Shown here one piece after another: positions 20,329-31,122 of a stretch of 64,000 bases of DNA. Source of the stretch: Clostridia bacterium (GTDB taxonomy: Bacteria; Bacillota; Clostridia; TANB77; CAG-465); assembly GCA_045536565.1 (NCBI GenBank), contig JAZSNU010000020.1:64001-128000 (forward strand). Direction: 5' to 3'. Position numbers and translations under genes: made by a program. Position 1 is the stretch's first letter, and every line of letters begins with the position of its first letter. The notes under the pieces were generated by a model. That model was not told the origin of the DNA and did not search any database. It saw only the letters and a list, made by a program, of their open reading frames with translations.

Positions 20329-20418
20329 ATGTGAAACAAAACACTAAATTTTATTAGATTTTGTTTCACATTTTTAATATAGAAAAACAAGATACCAACT
20401 ATGTTGATATCTTGTTTT
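20329..20418. terminator. Two tandem terminator hairpins between convergent genes
   Basis: atgtgaaacaaaa/ttttgtttcacat and aaaacaagata/tatcttgtttt. Confidence 0.75.
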
Positions 20419-20422
20419 ATTA

Positions 20423-22897
20423 TTACATATTATCCAAATTTAATTGGTCATCTTGTTCTTTTTCGGAGATAAGTTTTGCGATACTTACAACTTTTCCACC
20501 TTCTGATGTTCTCATAAGAGTTACACCTTGTGTGTTTCTACCTAGGACACTAATATCTTTTGCGTGTATTCTAATTATTACACCAGTACCAGTTATTATC
20601 ATGATATCATCGTCATCATCGACAATCTTAATACCTATTATGTGTCCTGTTTTTTCGGTAGTTTTGTATGTTAGTATTCCCTTACCAGCTCTTGATTGAG
20701 CACGATATTCATCTATTTCGGTACGCTTACCAAATCCATTTTCAGTTATTGCTAGTATGTATCCATTTTCGTTTGCAATTGGTTCCATTCCTATTACGAA
20801 ATCGTCTTTTCCAAGGTTCATTCCTTTAACACCCATTGAAGTTCTACCGCAAGATCTAACTTCTTCTTCTTTGAAACGAATAGATAGTCCTGATTTAGAT
20901 ACAAGAACTATATCATTTTGTCCATTTGTAATTCTAACATCAATTATTTCATCTTCATCTTTTAATGTTATACTTTGGATACCTGTTTTACGAATATTGC
21001 TATATTCATTAAGAGGAGTCTTTTTAACAAGACCGTTCTTAGTAGCCATAAGTACATATTCGTCATCTTTGAATTCTTTTACTGGAATAACTGCTGCTAT
21101 TTTTTCGCCTTGTGCAAGTTGAAGTAGATTTACAATAGCAGTACCTTTTGCTTGTCTAGAAGCCTCAGGTAAGTCATATGCTTTAAGTCTAAATACTTTA
21201 CCAGTGTTAGTAAAGAATAATATATAATCATGAGTAGAAGTTACAAAAATGTGCTCTATAAAGTCGTCTTCTCTTGTGCTCATTGCTGTTACACCTTTTC
21301 CGCCGCGTCTTTGTGATTTATATGCATCAGTTGCAATTCTCTTGATATATCCAAAGTGAGTCATTGTAACAACATTACTTTCTTCTTTAATAAGGCTTTC
21401 AATATCTATTTCACCTTCACCATGAGTGATTTTAGTTCTTCTTTCATCACCATAGCTTTTCTTTATTTCTTGTAATTCTTCTTTAATAATATTAAGAACT
21501 AATTGTTCATTTGCTAAGATAGCTTTTAATCTAGCAATTAATTCAACAAGGGAATTGTATTCTGCTTCGATTTTATCTCTTTGCAAACCTGTAAGTGTTC
21601 TTAATCTCATTTCAAGGATTGCATTTGCTTGAATTTCAGTTAAACCGAATCTTGTCATTAATCCATTTCTAGCTTCTGTATCATCCTTTGAAGATCTAAT
21701 TAATTTAACTATTTCATCGATGTGGTCAAGAGCTATTCTTAATCCTTCTAAGATGTGAAGTCTAGCTTCTGCTTTCTTCAAATCATATTTGGTTCTTCTG
21801 ATAACGATTTCTTTTCTGTGGTTAATGTAGTGATAAAGCATATCTTTAAGTGGTAATACCTTAGGTTCGTTATTTACAAGTGCTAAGTTTAATATACTAA
21901 ATGTGTTTTGTAGTTGTGTGTGTTTATATAGCAAATTAAGAACAACATTTGGATTAGCATCTCTTTTAAGTTCAATAACTATTCTAAGACCAGATCTATC
22001 AGATTCATCTCTTAGGTCAGAAATACCAACTATAACTTTTTCACCAACTAATTTTGCGATATGCTCAACAAGTGCCGCTTTATTTAATTTATATGGTATT
22101 TCGCTTATTATTATCTTATATCTACCTCTATTATCTTCTTCTATTTCTGCTTTACCTCTTAAACATATTTTACCTTGACCAGTCTCGTAAGCTTTTTTAA
22201 TTCCTTCTTTACCAACTATGATTCCTCCTGTTGGGAAGTCTGGCCCTTTAATATGCGCCATTAATTCATCAGTTGTTATATCAGGATTATCAATCATAGC
22301 ACATGTGCCATTAATTACTTCTGATAAATTATGTGGTGGAATGTTACATGCCATACCAACTGCTATACCATAAGAACCATTAACAAGTAGGTTAGGTATT
22401 TTAGATGGAAGTACGGTAGGTTCCATTATTCTTTCATCATAGTTAGGTGTATAATTAACCGTTTCTTTATCAATGTCTGTTAACATCTCAACTGCTATTT
22501 TATGAAGTTTTGCTTCTGTATACCTCATAGCAGCAGGTGGGTCATTATCTATTGATCCAAAGTTACCATGACCGTTTACAAGTGGGTATCTAAGCGAGAA
22601 ATCTTGTGCAAGACGCACAAGTGCGTCGTATACTGATGCATCACCATGTGGATGGTAATTACCTAAAACATCACCAACGATACCGGCACATTTTCTGTAT
22701 GCTTTGTCAGGCCAAAGTGCAAGTTCACTCATAACATAAAGTATTCTTCTATGAACTGGTTTTAGACCATCTCTAACATCAGGAAGTGCACGAGAAACGA
22801 TAACACTCATGGCGTAATCTATATATGACTTTTTCATTTCGTTTTCTAAGTCTACTGGTATTATTTTTCCTTCGTTTAAAAAATTATTATCGTCCAT
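20423..22897 (-). CDS. gyrA: DNA gyrase subunit A
   Basis: [29 protein letters not shown], GyrA box QRRGGKG, C-terminal pinwheel repeats. Confidence 0.98.
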   Translation of the reverse strand: MDDNNFLNEGKIIPVDLENEMKKSYIDYAMSVIVSRALPDVRDGLKPVHRRILYVMSELALWPDKAYRKCAGIVGDVLGNYHPHGDASVYDALVRLAQDFSLRYPLVNGHGNFGSIDNDPPAAMRYTEAKLHKIAVEMLTDIDKETVNYTPNYDERIMEPTVLPSKIPNLLVNGSYGIAVGMACNIPPHNLSEVINGTCAMIDNPDITTDELMAHIKGPDFPTGGIIVGKEGIKKAYETGQGKICLRGKAEIEEDNRGRYKIIISEIPYKLNKAALVEHIAKLVGEKVIVGISDLRDESDRSGLRIVIELKRDANPNVVLNLLYKHTQLQNTFSILNLALVNNEPKVLPLKDMLYHYINHRKEIVIRRTKYDLKKAEARLHILEGLRIALDHIDEIVKLIRSSKDDTEARNGLMTRFGLTEIQANAILEMRLRTLTGLQRDKIEAEYNSLVELIARLKAILANEQLVLNIIKEELQEIKKSYGDERRTKITHGEGEIDIESLIKEESNVVTMTHFGYIKRIATDAYKSQRRGGKGVTAMSTREDDFIEHIFVTSTHDYILFFTNTGKVFRLKAYDLPEASRQAKGTAIVNLLQLAQGEKIAAVIPVKEFKDDEYVLMATKNGLVKKTPLNEYSNIRKTGIQSITLKDEDEIIDVRITNGQNDIVLVSKSGLSIRFKEEEVRSCGRTSMGVKGMNLGKDDFVIGMEPIANENGYILAITENGFGKRTEIDEYRAQSRAGKGILTYKTTEKTGHIIGIKIVDDDDDIMIITGTGVIIRIHAKDISVLGRNTQGVTLMRTSEGGKVVSIAKLISEKEQDDQLNLDNM

Positions 22898-23111
22898 AAA
22901 ATCCTCCTATACAATTAATGCTATTATATACAAAAAAATAAGAAAAATCAAGGAAAAACTATTATTTTTTGACATGTAAATACAAAAAACACAATATGTT
23001 AGTAATAATTAAATATAATGTAAATATGTCTTGAAAAAATAGATAATTATGATATAATTATGCAAAAACAAACCTAAAAATGTAATATTTTAAAGTAGTA
23101 AAGAGGTAGTT

Positions 23112-24074
23112 ATGAAACAAAAAGATTATTATAAATTATTAGGCGTAAACAGAAAATCAAGCCAAGAAGAAATAAAAAGTAATTTTAGAAAATTAGCAAA
23201 AAAATATCATCCAGATGCAAATGTTGATAATAAAGATGCAGAAGAAATGTTTAAAGATTTAAATGAAGGCTATAATATATTAATGGATAAAGAGAAAAAA
23301 AGAAAATATGATAGACAAGTAGCAAAATATGGATATGGGAATGTTGACATTGGTTTTGCAGGAAATGATACAAGAAGTGTTAATGGTGTTGTAAGTGAAA
23401 TAATGAGTACTATTCTTGGTATAAGCAGAGATACTAAGGACAAAGTTATTGCAGCGGCTGAAAATGTAAAAGATGATATAAAAGAAAAAATTGCTGAACA
23501 AAAAGAACCTAAAAAAGGTGAAAATATAGAAACAACATTATATGTTACAATTGAAGAAGGATTTTTTGGGGCTGAGAAAAAAATATCTTTTAAGACAACT
23601 CGTGGTTCAATGAAAAATTATAGCGTAAATGTTCCAATGGGTATAAGAGATGGAGAAAAAATAAGATTATCTGGGCTTGGAAAACCTGGTAAAAATGGTG
23701 GTAAAAATGGTGACCTTATAATCTTAGTAAAACTTAGACCACATCCAATGCTTAGACTAGAAGGCGCAGACATTCAAACAACACTTAAAATAAGTCCTGT
23801 TCAAGCTATTATAGGAGATTCTTTGCAATTAAAAATATTTGGTGAAAAAGTTCAAATAGTTATACCTAAAAACAGTAAAACAGGTGATAAAATAGAAATT
23901 ATAGCAAAAGGATATGTTGTAAATCAGAACACAAGGGGTAACCTTATTGCAAATATAGAAATAGCGATGCCTGAAAGTATAACAGAAAGAGAAGAGAAAC
24001 TTTACCAACAATTGTTAAAAGTAGAAAAACAAAAACTAAAAGCAAAAGTTACTGCTGAAAACGAAAATAAATAA
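23112..24074 (+). CDS. Class B J-domain chaperone (CbpA/DnaJ-like, no zinc finger)
   Basis: KDYYKLLGV, HPD, C-terminal DnaJ domains, no CxxCxGxG. Confidence 0.9.
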   Translation: MKQKDYYKLLGVNRKSSQEEIKSNFRKLAKKYHPDANVDNKDAEEMFKDLNEGYNILMDKEKKRKYDRQVAKYGYGNVDIGFAGNDTRSVNGVVSEIMSTILGISRDTKDKVIAAAENVKDDIKEKIAEQKEPKKGENIETTLYVTIEEGFFGAEKKISFKTTRGSMKNYSVNVPMGIRDGEKIRLSGLGKPGKNGGKNGDLIILVKLRPHPMLRLEGADIQTTLKISPVQAIIGDSLQLKIFGEKVQIVIPKNSKTGDKIEIIAKGYVVNQNTRGNLIANIEIAMPESITEREEKLYQQLLKVEKQKLKAKVTAENENK

Positions 24075-24102
24075 AATACGGAATCTTTATGATTCCGTAT
24101 TT
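24074..24102. terminator. Bidirectional terminator
   Basis: aaatacggaatc/gattccgtattt. Confidence 0.8.
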
Positions 24103-24110
24103 ATAATATG

Positions 24111-24680
24111 TTACATGATTTTTTCTTTTCTTAAAATCTTAAAAAAAGAAAACACATTAACTATTTTTTCTTTGATTTTAGTAAATGTTATACTAGGACT
24201 TTTATCTTCCATAATAGTTGGTGGAGTAGAATCAAATCCATATCTTTTCATAATTGATTTTTCGATGTCTGGATAAATTTTTAGGTAGTATGTACCTTTA
24301 ATATCAGTATCCCACTCGTCTTTGTCGTTTGTAAAAGCAATGTTTATATTTGTATTTGGTAAATCAGGGATATCTATTATACAGCAATAAGATAAGGTTG
24401 AGTTCTGATTACATATATTCATGTTTACAATTTTTTTGTCGCTCCAATTATTGTCGTAACAATAATATAAATAAAGGTTTGGCGCTTTATCTTTGTTTGA
24501 TCCAGATATCTCAATATTTTTTAATAATTTTCCGTTATAATTTAAAAGAACACTTTTTCCTTGCATTAAATTTCCATAGATGCAAAAACTATCATTAGAC
24601 ATGGATTTTGTAAATATTCCTTTCTTTATTGCTTCATTGCAAGCACACTTTCTTTTAGGATTTTCATCAAATAACTGCAT
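24111..24680 (-). CDS. Stand-alone carbohydrate (starch)-binding module protein, CBM25/53-like
   Basis: YNGKL...LYLYYCYDNNW...INIAFTNDKDEWD; GGAGGTG SD before ATG 24680. Confidence 0.65.
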   Translation of the reverse strand: MQLFDENPKRKCACNEAIKKGIFTKSMSNDSFCIYGNLMQGKSVLLNYNGKLLKNIEISGSNKDKAPNLYLYYCYDNNWSDKKIVNMNICNQNSTLSYCCIIDIPDLPNTNINIAFTNDKDEWDTDIKGTYYLKIYPDIEKSIMKRYGFDSTPPTIMEDKSPSITFTKIKEKIVNVFSFFKILRKEKIM

Positions 24681-24906
24681 ATAAACACCTCCAATTACAT
24701 TGTTTGACAACATTATAATAAACTCAGCAAAACAAATAAACATAATAGACAAAAGAGTAAAAAAAACTACAAAATTAGCACATGAGTTACAAAAAATAAC
24801 AAGATTAATAACCATTTTTTAACAATATACATAAATTTCAACACAAACAGTTGAAAAAAGTTATAAAAATATGTTAAGATACATATGTCTAATAGGGAGG
24901 ATATAT

Positions 24907-26862
24907 ATGTCAAAATCAGATAAGTCAAAGAAAAAAAATAATAAACAAGAAATACAAAAAGAGACAGATATATATGTAAATGAAGAAATTATAGAAAATA
25001 AAGAGGTAGAATTTTCAGAAGAACCAGTTAAAGTTTCCGATAATGAAGCAATAGATAGGGTAGTTGAAGAATATAACGGAGAAATAAAAAAAGAAGAAAA
25101 GGAAGAAAAAAGAATTAGAGTTAGAGACGGAGCAGAAGTTGCTAAAACTCGTAAATCAAACAAAAAGGTTATAATAGTTACACTATCAGTAATTTTAGCT
25201 ATGATTATAGCATTTATTTCACTTGCTGTGATTAACAAAATGAATGAAAATGTATATAGAAATGTATACTTGAATCAAAAGAATTTAACAGGTATGACAA
25301 GTTCACAGCTAACTGATTATTTGAAAGGCGAACAAGAAAAATTAGCAAAGACGACTCTAAAAATATATCAAGGGAATGAAGAGATATTAGAAATAGTACC
25401 ATCAGATATTGACTTTGAAATCGATGCTGCAAAAGTAGAAAAAGATGTTTTTGGGTTTGGTAGAGATTCTAATATTGTTAAGAATAATATTGATATATTT
25501 GTAGCATTAATTGCAAAAAAAGAATATGACATGTCATATAAATATGATGTTAATAAACTTTCAGAAATTGTAAAAGAAATAAAGGAAACTATTGCTGAAA
25601 AGGTTATTGATGATAGTTATATTGTTGATGAAACACAATACAAACTGATAATAACAAAAGGTAAGTCTGGAAATACAATTGACGAAACAATTGTAAAAAA
25701 TAAAATAATATCATCACTTGCAAATTGTATGGGTGAATACAAACTTAATATTATAAATGGAACTCCTGCTAATCTTGATGTTGATGTTGTATATTCAAAT
25801 GTTAAGAGGGAGCCGAAAGATGCATATATAGACAAGTCAACAACTGTATATAAATTTGTGCCACATCAAGTAGGATTAGATTTTGATAAAGAAGAATTAA
25901 AATCAATACTTGAAAAAGAAGAAAACAAAGTTGAAGGAAAAGTAATAGAATATTCTTTAAAAGTAGTAGAGCCAGAAGTGAAAACATCAGACATAAAATG
26001 GGAACTATATGAATATCAAATAAGTTCGTTTACTACATATTTTTCAACAGCAGATTCAAACAGAGTAAATAATCTAAGAGTAGCATTGAATTTATTAAAT
26101 GGAAAAGTTATAATGCCAGGAGAAGTATTCTCATATAATAGCGTAGTTGGTGGCGCAACTACTGCACAGGGCTTTAAACCAGCGGCTACATTTGTAGGAG
26201 GTAGAGTTGTAAATGAAGTAGGAGGAGGAATTTGTCAAACAGTTTCTACTTTGTATAATACAGCGTTACTTGCAAATCTAGAAATAGTACAAAGAAAAGC
26301 ACACAGCCTGCCAGTTGGATATGTTCCGGGAAGTAGAGATGCAACTGTATATCATCCGTCCATCGACTTTAAATTTAAAAATACGAGAGAATATCCAATA
26401 AAAATAGTTACAAGTTTTAACAAAAATGGAAGTTTAACAATTTCTCTATACGGAACAAAACAGCAAAATGAATATGTTGTAAGTATTACTTCAAAAAATA
26501 CAGGAACAATACCTTATACTACTCAGTATATTGAGGATAGTTCAATGGAAAAAGGTAAAGAAGTAGTTGTGCAAAATGGAACAAATGGATATACATCAGA
26601 ATCATACATAACTAAAAAATTAAATGGGAAAGTAGTTTCAACTACACTTCTTTCAAAAGATACATATAAAGCTGTTGCTAAAATTGTTAGAATAGGAACA
26701 AAAGTTGTATCTGCTCCAAGCGTAACTCCACCTGCAAGTACAACACCACCAGTAGCAGAGCCAGTAACTCCACCAGCAGATAATAACACTACAACACCTG
26801 AGGCACCGGAAAGTGGAAATAACACAAACACAGGAAATACTGGTGCAGAAACTAATAATTAA
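24907..26862 (+). CDS. VanW-like / PG-binding / G5 cell-wall protein
   Basis: TM, GEVFSYN, GGGICQTVSTLY, PGSRDAT, DFKFKN; G5 domain; Pro/Thr-rich tail. Confidence 0.9.
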   Translation: MSKSDKSKKKNNKQEIQKETDIYVNEEIIENKEVEFSEEPVKVSDNEAIDRVVEEYNGEIKKEEKEEKRIRVRDGAEVAKTRKSNKKVIIVTLSVILAMIIAFISLAVINKMNENVYRNVYLNQKNLTGMTSSQLTDYLKGEQEKLAKTTLKIYQGNEEILEIVPSDIDFEIDAAKVEKDVFGFGRDSNIVKNNIDIFVALIAKKEYDMSYKYDVNKLSEIVKEIKETIAEKVIDDSYIVDETQYKLIITKGKSGNTIDETIVKNKIISSLANCMGEYKLNIINGTPANLDVDVVYSNVKREPKDAYIDKSTTVYKFVPHQVGLDFDKEELKSILEKEENKVEGKVIEYSLKVVEPEVKTSDIKWELYEYQISSFTTYFSTADSNRVNNLRVALNLLNGKVIMPGEVFSYNSVVGGATTAQGFKPAATFVGGRVVNEVGGGICQTVSTLYNTALLANLEIVQRKAHSLPVGYVPGSRDATVYHPSIDFKFKNTREYPIKIVTSFNKNGSLTISLYGTKQQNEYVVSITSKNTGTIPYTTQYIEDSSMEKGKEVVVQNGTNGYTSESYITKKLNGKVVSTTLLSKDTYKAVAKIVRIGTKVVSAPSVTPPASTTPPVAEPVTPPADNNTTTPEAPESGNNTNTGNTGAETNN

Positions 26863-26888
26863 AAATAATAAATATGTAAATATAAAAC

Positions 26889-26918
26889 AAGCTCTCTACA
26901 TAAAAAGTAGAGAGCTTT
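26889..26918. terminator. Bidirectional terminator
   Basis: aagctctctac/gtagagagctt. Confidence 0.8.
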
Positions 26919-26933
26919 GCTATATAATCTAAT

Positions 26934-27962
26934 TTATAAAGAAGATGCTTGTATTGCTTTTGCACCATCATAATTTTCTTTTATACATTCTATAAATTTA
27001 TCTGCTAGCATAGGGTCAAATTGTTTTCCTTTACCTTTTGCTATTTCCTCTAACCCAAATTCTATTGTTGTTGCATCTTTATATGGCCTTTTAGCAGTTA
27101 TAGCATCAAAAGAATCACATATAGTAAGGATTCTAGTTAGATATGGGATTTCATCTCCTCTTAATCCAGAAGGATATCCTAAACCATCATATTGTTCATG
27201 GTGGTATTTAATTAGAGGAAGCGCATCTTTAAAAATTTCAGATGTAGATAATATGTTTGTTCCAATTAAAGTGTGTAATTTCATATGGTTGTATTCTTCG
27301 TCTGTTAATTTTGTACTTTTTAAAAGAATTGTATCTGCTATTCCTATTTTTCCGACATCATGGAATTGAGCAGCAAGTACAAGTGTATTTAGTTCATCGC
27401 TATTTAAGTTTAAATAATTTCCAAACATTGTTGAATATTTAGCAACTCTATCTGAATGATCTTTGGTAAAGTTGTCTTTCGCACCAACTGTATTTTTAAG
27501 GATGTCTGCAACTTCAATTGCGTGTAGCTCGATTGTATGAGCCATTTTTTTTACATTTTCTAAACTAGCTATATATTTAAATCCGCTTTCAATCAAAAGA
27601 ACTAATTGATCAAATCTTGAACTTTTTTCAAAATATGCTTGTATATCCAAAGAACGCATTGTATCTATAGAAGGAGTTAGTTCTTTGTGGGCTGACATCA
27701 AGATTATATAAATTTCTTTGTTAAATTCTCTAACAAGTTTAACTATTTCATCTCCTCTTACAGGGTTCATCAAGTAATTTATAATAAGTATATCATATTG
27801 ATTGTTTTTTAAGTTTTCGAGTGCAGTTATTGCCTCTGTAAAAGGGCTAACTTGTATATTATATTTCTTTAAAACGACGCTCATAGCATCCATCATCCCT
27901 ACATCGTCGTCAATTACCATTACTTTGCTTTTTCTGCCTGTAACTTGCTCTAATTCGTTCAT
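26934..27962 (-). CDS. Receiver (REC)-HD-GYP cyclic dinucleotide phosphodiesterase
   Basis: VIDDD REC start; HSDRV, FHDVGKIG, HHEQYDGLGYP, DSFDAIT..RPY. Confidence 0.9.
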   Translation of the reverse strand: MNELEQVTGRKSKVMVIDDDVGMMDAMSVVLKKYNIQVSPFTEAITALENLKNNQYDILIINYLMNPVRGDEIVKLVREFNKEIYIILMSAHKELTPSIDTMRSLDIQAYFEKSSRFDQLVLLIESGFKYIASLENVKKMAHTIELHAIEVADILKNTVGAKDNFTKDHSDRVAKYSTMFGNYLNLNSDELNTLVLAAQFHDVGKIGIADTILLKSTKLTDEEYNHMKLHTLIGTNILSTSEIFKDALPLIKYHHEQYDGLGYPSGLRGDEIPYLTRILTICDSFDAITAKRPYKDATTIEFGLEEIAKGKGKQFDPMLADKFIECIKENYDGAKAIQASSL

Positions 27963-28039
27963 ATATGACCTCCGTATATTATACCAAGTTAATTATATCA
28001 AATATGAAAAAAATATACAACAACAATTTTAATAATATT

Positions 28040-28252
28040 TTAGTTTAATCTAAAAGTTCCAAGAGTCACCGCAAAATCATTAGGATATACTGTTATTGCT
28101 TCAACTGTTAAATTACCTGTAAGAAGTAATAATATAACAAGCAATTTATTTAAATCTAAATCATTAAAAGGATTATTAGATGATATATTATTAAAATGAT
28201 TTTGAGAATTATTTATAAATGGAAGGTCAAGGCTATTTAGAAAATCGTTCAT
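28040..28252 (-). CDS. Small hypothetical protein
   Basis: 70 aa, AGGTGA SD, hydrophobic LLVILLLLTG segment. Confidence 0.55.
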   Translation of the reverse strand: MNDFLNSLDLPFINNSQNHFNNISSNNPFNDLDLNKLLVILLLLTGNLTVEAITVYPNDFAVTLGTFRLN

Positions 28253-28340
28253 AAAAAATCACCTATTAAAATATACTCTTCTTATTGAATTATTATACAC
28301 ATCGTAGTATAATAACTTAGGTAAAGGCAAGGGTGAATAT

Positions 28341-29027
28341 ATGAATAAAAGTAAATTTTTTACAGCAATTATTACTATTGGTATATCGGTAATAATACTA
28401 TTAGTTATATTTAACTATCTATTTAATAATAGTTCTAAGATAAATCAAGGAAAATTCAGGATATCTGATACTATATTAACAAGTGTAGTAGAATTAGAAG
28501 ATAAAGCAGAGTTGGAAAACGAATGGAAGTTTGATATATCACAAAACAATAAAATATCTATGCTTATTAAGACGGATAAAGGTATAGGTATTAAAGAGGT
28601 ATATTTGGAAAAAGTTAAAGTAAAGTCAAAAAATGATGTTAGTATATATATAGAACAAGATAAATATGAACTTAGCTATGAATACGGCAAAATAAAAGAT
28701 AGAAAAGTTAATATATATACAGAAGAAACACAAGATGGAATTTACTTAATAGAATTTGATGTTAAGAATGAAGATATTATTTCAAACTTTAATATTCCGG
28801 AAGAAATAAAAGAACTTAGACATGATGGAACAATTTTAAATATTGCAAAGGTATCAATTTCTGATATCGTATTTACTTTAAAATATAATTTGGTAATTGT
28901 TGAAAACGGTGGACAAATAAACAAATGTAAAATACTAATAGAAATGCCTAATTCAAAAATAATTACAGAAGGATTATCAGTTGAAAGGTTAGATTGTTCT
29001 AAATTTAATTTTAAAGTCGAATATTAA
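28341..29027 (+). CDS. Membrane-anchored hypothetical protein
   Basis: N-terminal TM, 228 aa, SD present. Confidence 0.7.
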   Translation: MNKSKFFTAIITIGISVIILLVIFNYLFNNSSKINQGKFRISDTILTSVVELEDKAELENEWKFDISQNNKISMLIKTDKGIGIKEVYLEKVKVKSKNDVSIYIEQDKYELSYEYGKIKDRKVNIYTEETQDGIYLIEFDVKNEDIISNFNIPEEIKELRHDGTILNIAKVSISDIVFTLKYNLVIVENGGQINKCKILIEMPNSKIITEGLSVERLDCSKFNFKVEY

Positions 29028-29045
29028 AAAAATAGTAAGAAAAGA

Positions 29046-29074
29046 TTGATTAATTAAATGACATAGGGTATAAT
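29046..29074 (+). promoter_or_regulatory. Sigma-A promoter of SRP RNA/dnaX operon
   Basis: TTGATT-17-TATAAT. Confidence 0.75.
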
Positions 29075-29080
29075 ATGCGT

Positions 29081-29169
29081 AGTCGCTTAGGCGATAAGGT
29101 GTTTGTGAACCTTGTCAGATCCGGAAGGAAGCAGCAATAAGCATACTACCTTATGCGCCGTAAGCGATT
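29081..29169 (+). ncRNA. ffs: Signal recognition particle RNA (small, 4.5S type)
   Basis: TCAGATCCGGAAGGAAGCAGC helix-8 motif in a long hairpin (agtcgctta...taagcgatt); position upstream of dnaX. Confidence 0.93.
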
Positions 29170-29198
29170 TTATTATACATATTTTAAGGGGTGAGAAT

Positions 29199-30737
29199 AT
29201 GTCATATGTAGCGTTGTATAGAAAGTATAGACCGCTTGATTTTGACTCGGTAGTAGGTCAAAATCATATAACGGATATATTAAGAAAACAAATAATAAAT
29301 GACAAAATATCTCATGCGTACATTTTTAGTGGAAGTAGGGGAACTGGAAAAACATCTACTGCTAAAATATTTTCAAGAGCAGTTAATTGCTTGAATTTAA
29401 AGGATGGAAATCCATGTAATGAATGTGCAGCATGTAAAAGTATATTAGATGATGAAACGACAGATGTTGTAGAAATGGACGCAGCTTCTAACAATTCAGT
29501 AGAAAACATTAGAGCGATAAGGCAAGAAGTTATTTATGCAACAACAAATTTAAAGTATAAAATATACATAATAGATGAAGCACATATGCTATCAACAAGT
29601 GCTTTTAATGCTTTGCTTAAAACATTAGAAGAGCCGCCAGAGAATGTTATATTTATACTTGCTACTACTGAAGAACATAAATTACTTCCAACTATACTTT
29701 CAAGATGTATGAGATTTGAATTTAAAAAGATATCAATAGATGATGTTGTAAAAAGAATAGAATATATATTGCAAGATAGCAATATAGAATATGAAAAAGA
29801 AGCAGTATCATATGTTGCAAGTATTTGTGATGGTGGTATGAGAGATGCATTAAGCATTCTTGAAAGATGTATAGAAGATGAAAATGCTAAAATAACATTA
29901 GATAAGATACAAGACATAGTAGGAATGTCAGATATAAACATATTAAAAGAATTAGCAAAAGGTATATTAGAATATGACCTAGCAAAAGCAAATGAATCTA
30001 CGCAAAAGATTTTAGATACAGGTAAGGATGTAAGGTATATTACAACGGAACTTTTAGATATATTTATGGGATATATGCTAAGTAGTGAAAACAAGGAAAA
30101 TGTAATTAGATACAACTATATTATAAAAGAACTATCAAAATTAGATAGCGATTTAAGACAAGCAATAAATGTTAATATATTGTTTAAAGCTAAAATAATA
30201 GAGCTTTGCACAAAAGTTGTATATGAAGATAAGGCGGATTTGTTGGAAAAAATAGAAAAACTAGAAATGAGAATAAAGAACTTAGAAGAAAACAAATCAA
30301 ATATTGTATATAAAGAGATAGAAGTAAAAAAAGAAGTAGAGAACAAACCAAAGGAAGTAGTTAAAGAAAATGCATCTGATAAAAAGGAAGATAAATCGAA
30401 AATAAGTAAGGAAAAAGCAAACAATATATTGTTTAAAGACTTTGATAAGCTTAGAAATATAGTAATGGAAAAAGATAATCTACAATTATTCTCTGCTCTT
30501 ACAGGTGTTAAAGCATTTCAAAATGGAGACGAAATAGTATTTAATACTGAAAATAAATTTGCCTATACCATTTTAAGTAAAAATGAAAATACTGAAATGC
30601 TAAGGGAAATAACACATGAAATAGTAGACCCTGATTGTAATATAAAAATACAGTATGGAAGCAAAGAAAATAAAACTCAAAACAATTTCGAATCATATAT
30701 GCAAAATAACGAAATACCGTTTACTGCAATTGATTAA
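29199..30737 (+). CDS. dnaX: DNA polymerase III gamma/tau
   Basis: ALYRKYRP, GSRGTGKT, DEAHML, TILSRC; true start is downstream of the SRP RNA. Confidence 0.97.
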   Translation: MSYVALYRKYRPLDFDSVVGQNHITDILRKQIINDKISHAYIFSGSRGTGKTSTAKIFSRAVNCLNLKDGNPCNECAACKSILDDETTDVVEMDAASNNSVENIRAIRQEVIYATTNLKYKIYIIDEAHMLSTSAFNALLKTLEEPPENVIFILATTEEHKLLPTILSRCMRFEFKKISIDDVVKRIEYILQDSNIEYEKEAVSYVASICDGGMRDALSILERCIEDENAKITLDKIQDIVGMSDINILKELAKGILEYDLAKANESTQKILDTGKDVRYITTELLDIFMGYMLSSENKENVIRYNYIIKELSKLDSDLRQAINVNILFKAKIIELCTKVVYEDKADLLEKIEKLEMRIKNLEENKSNIVYKEIEVKKEVENKPKEVVKENASDKKEDKSKISKEKANNILFKDFDKLRNIVMEKDNLQLFSALTGVKAFQNGDEIVFNTENKFAYTILSKNENTEMLREITHEIVDPDCNIKIQYGSKENKTQNNFESYMQNNEIPFTAID

Positions 30738-30782
30738 TAAATTTTAAAATCAAAAATATAATAATAGAAAGGATGATTAAAA

Positions 30783-31112
30783 ATGGCAAAATTCGGAGGA
30801 TTCCCAGGTGGAGGAATGAATATTCAAAATTTAATGAAACAAGCACAAAAAATGCAAGCAGATATGCAAAAGAAACAAGCAGAGGTAGCAAGTAAAGAAA
30901 TAGTTACATCAGCAGGTGGAGAGGCTGTTGTTGTTAAAGCAACAGGAGATAAAGTTATAAAAGAAATTATAATAAAAAAAGAAGTAGTAGACCCAGAAGA
31001 TGTAGAAATGCTACAAGACTTAATTCTTACTGCGGTTAATGAAGCGTTAGGCAAAGCAGATAGTATGATGCAAGAAGGTTTAGGAGATTTTAACATACCA
31101 GGATTAATGTAG
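30783..31112 (+). CDS. ybaB: YbaB/EbfC nucleoid-associated protein
   Basis: [27 protein letters not shown]; dnaX-ybaB-recR synteny. Confidence 0.95.
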   Translation: MAKFGGFPGGGMNIQNLMKQAQKMQADMQKKQAEVASKEIVTSAGGEAVVVKATGDKVIKEIIIKKEVVDPEDVEMLQDLILTAVNEALGKADSMMQEGLGDFNIPGLM

Positions 31113-31122
31113 GAGATAAAAT

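Noticed and set aside
24907-26862. VanW domain as vancomycin resistance
   Set aside because: No van ligase cluster; VanW-G5 proteins are ordinary clostridial wall proteins.
28292-28300. DnaA box TTATACACA / possible oriC
   Set aside because: Isolated match, with no cluster and no dnaA in the window.
29112-29198. N-terminal extension of DnaX in the ORF track
   Set aside because: It overlaps the SRP RNA; the SD-supported ATG is at 29199.
30320-30365. A-run in the dnaX linker as a programmed -1 frameshift (gamma/tau)
   Set aside because: A7 runs are frequent in this AT-rich DNA and no stimulatory hairpin follows.
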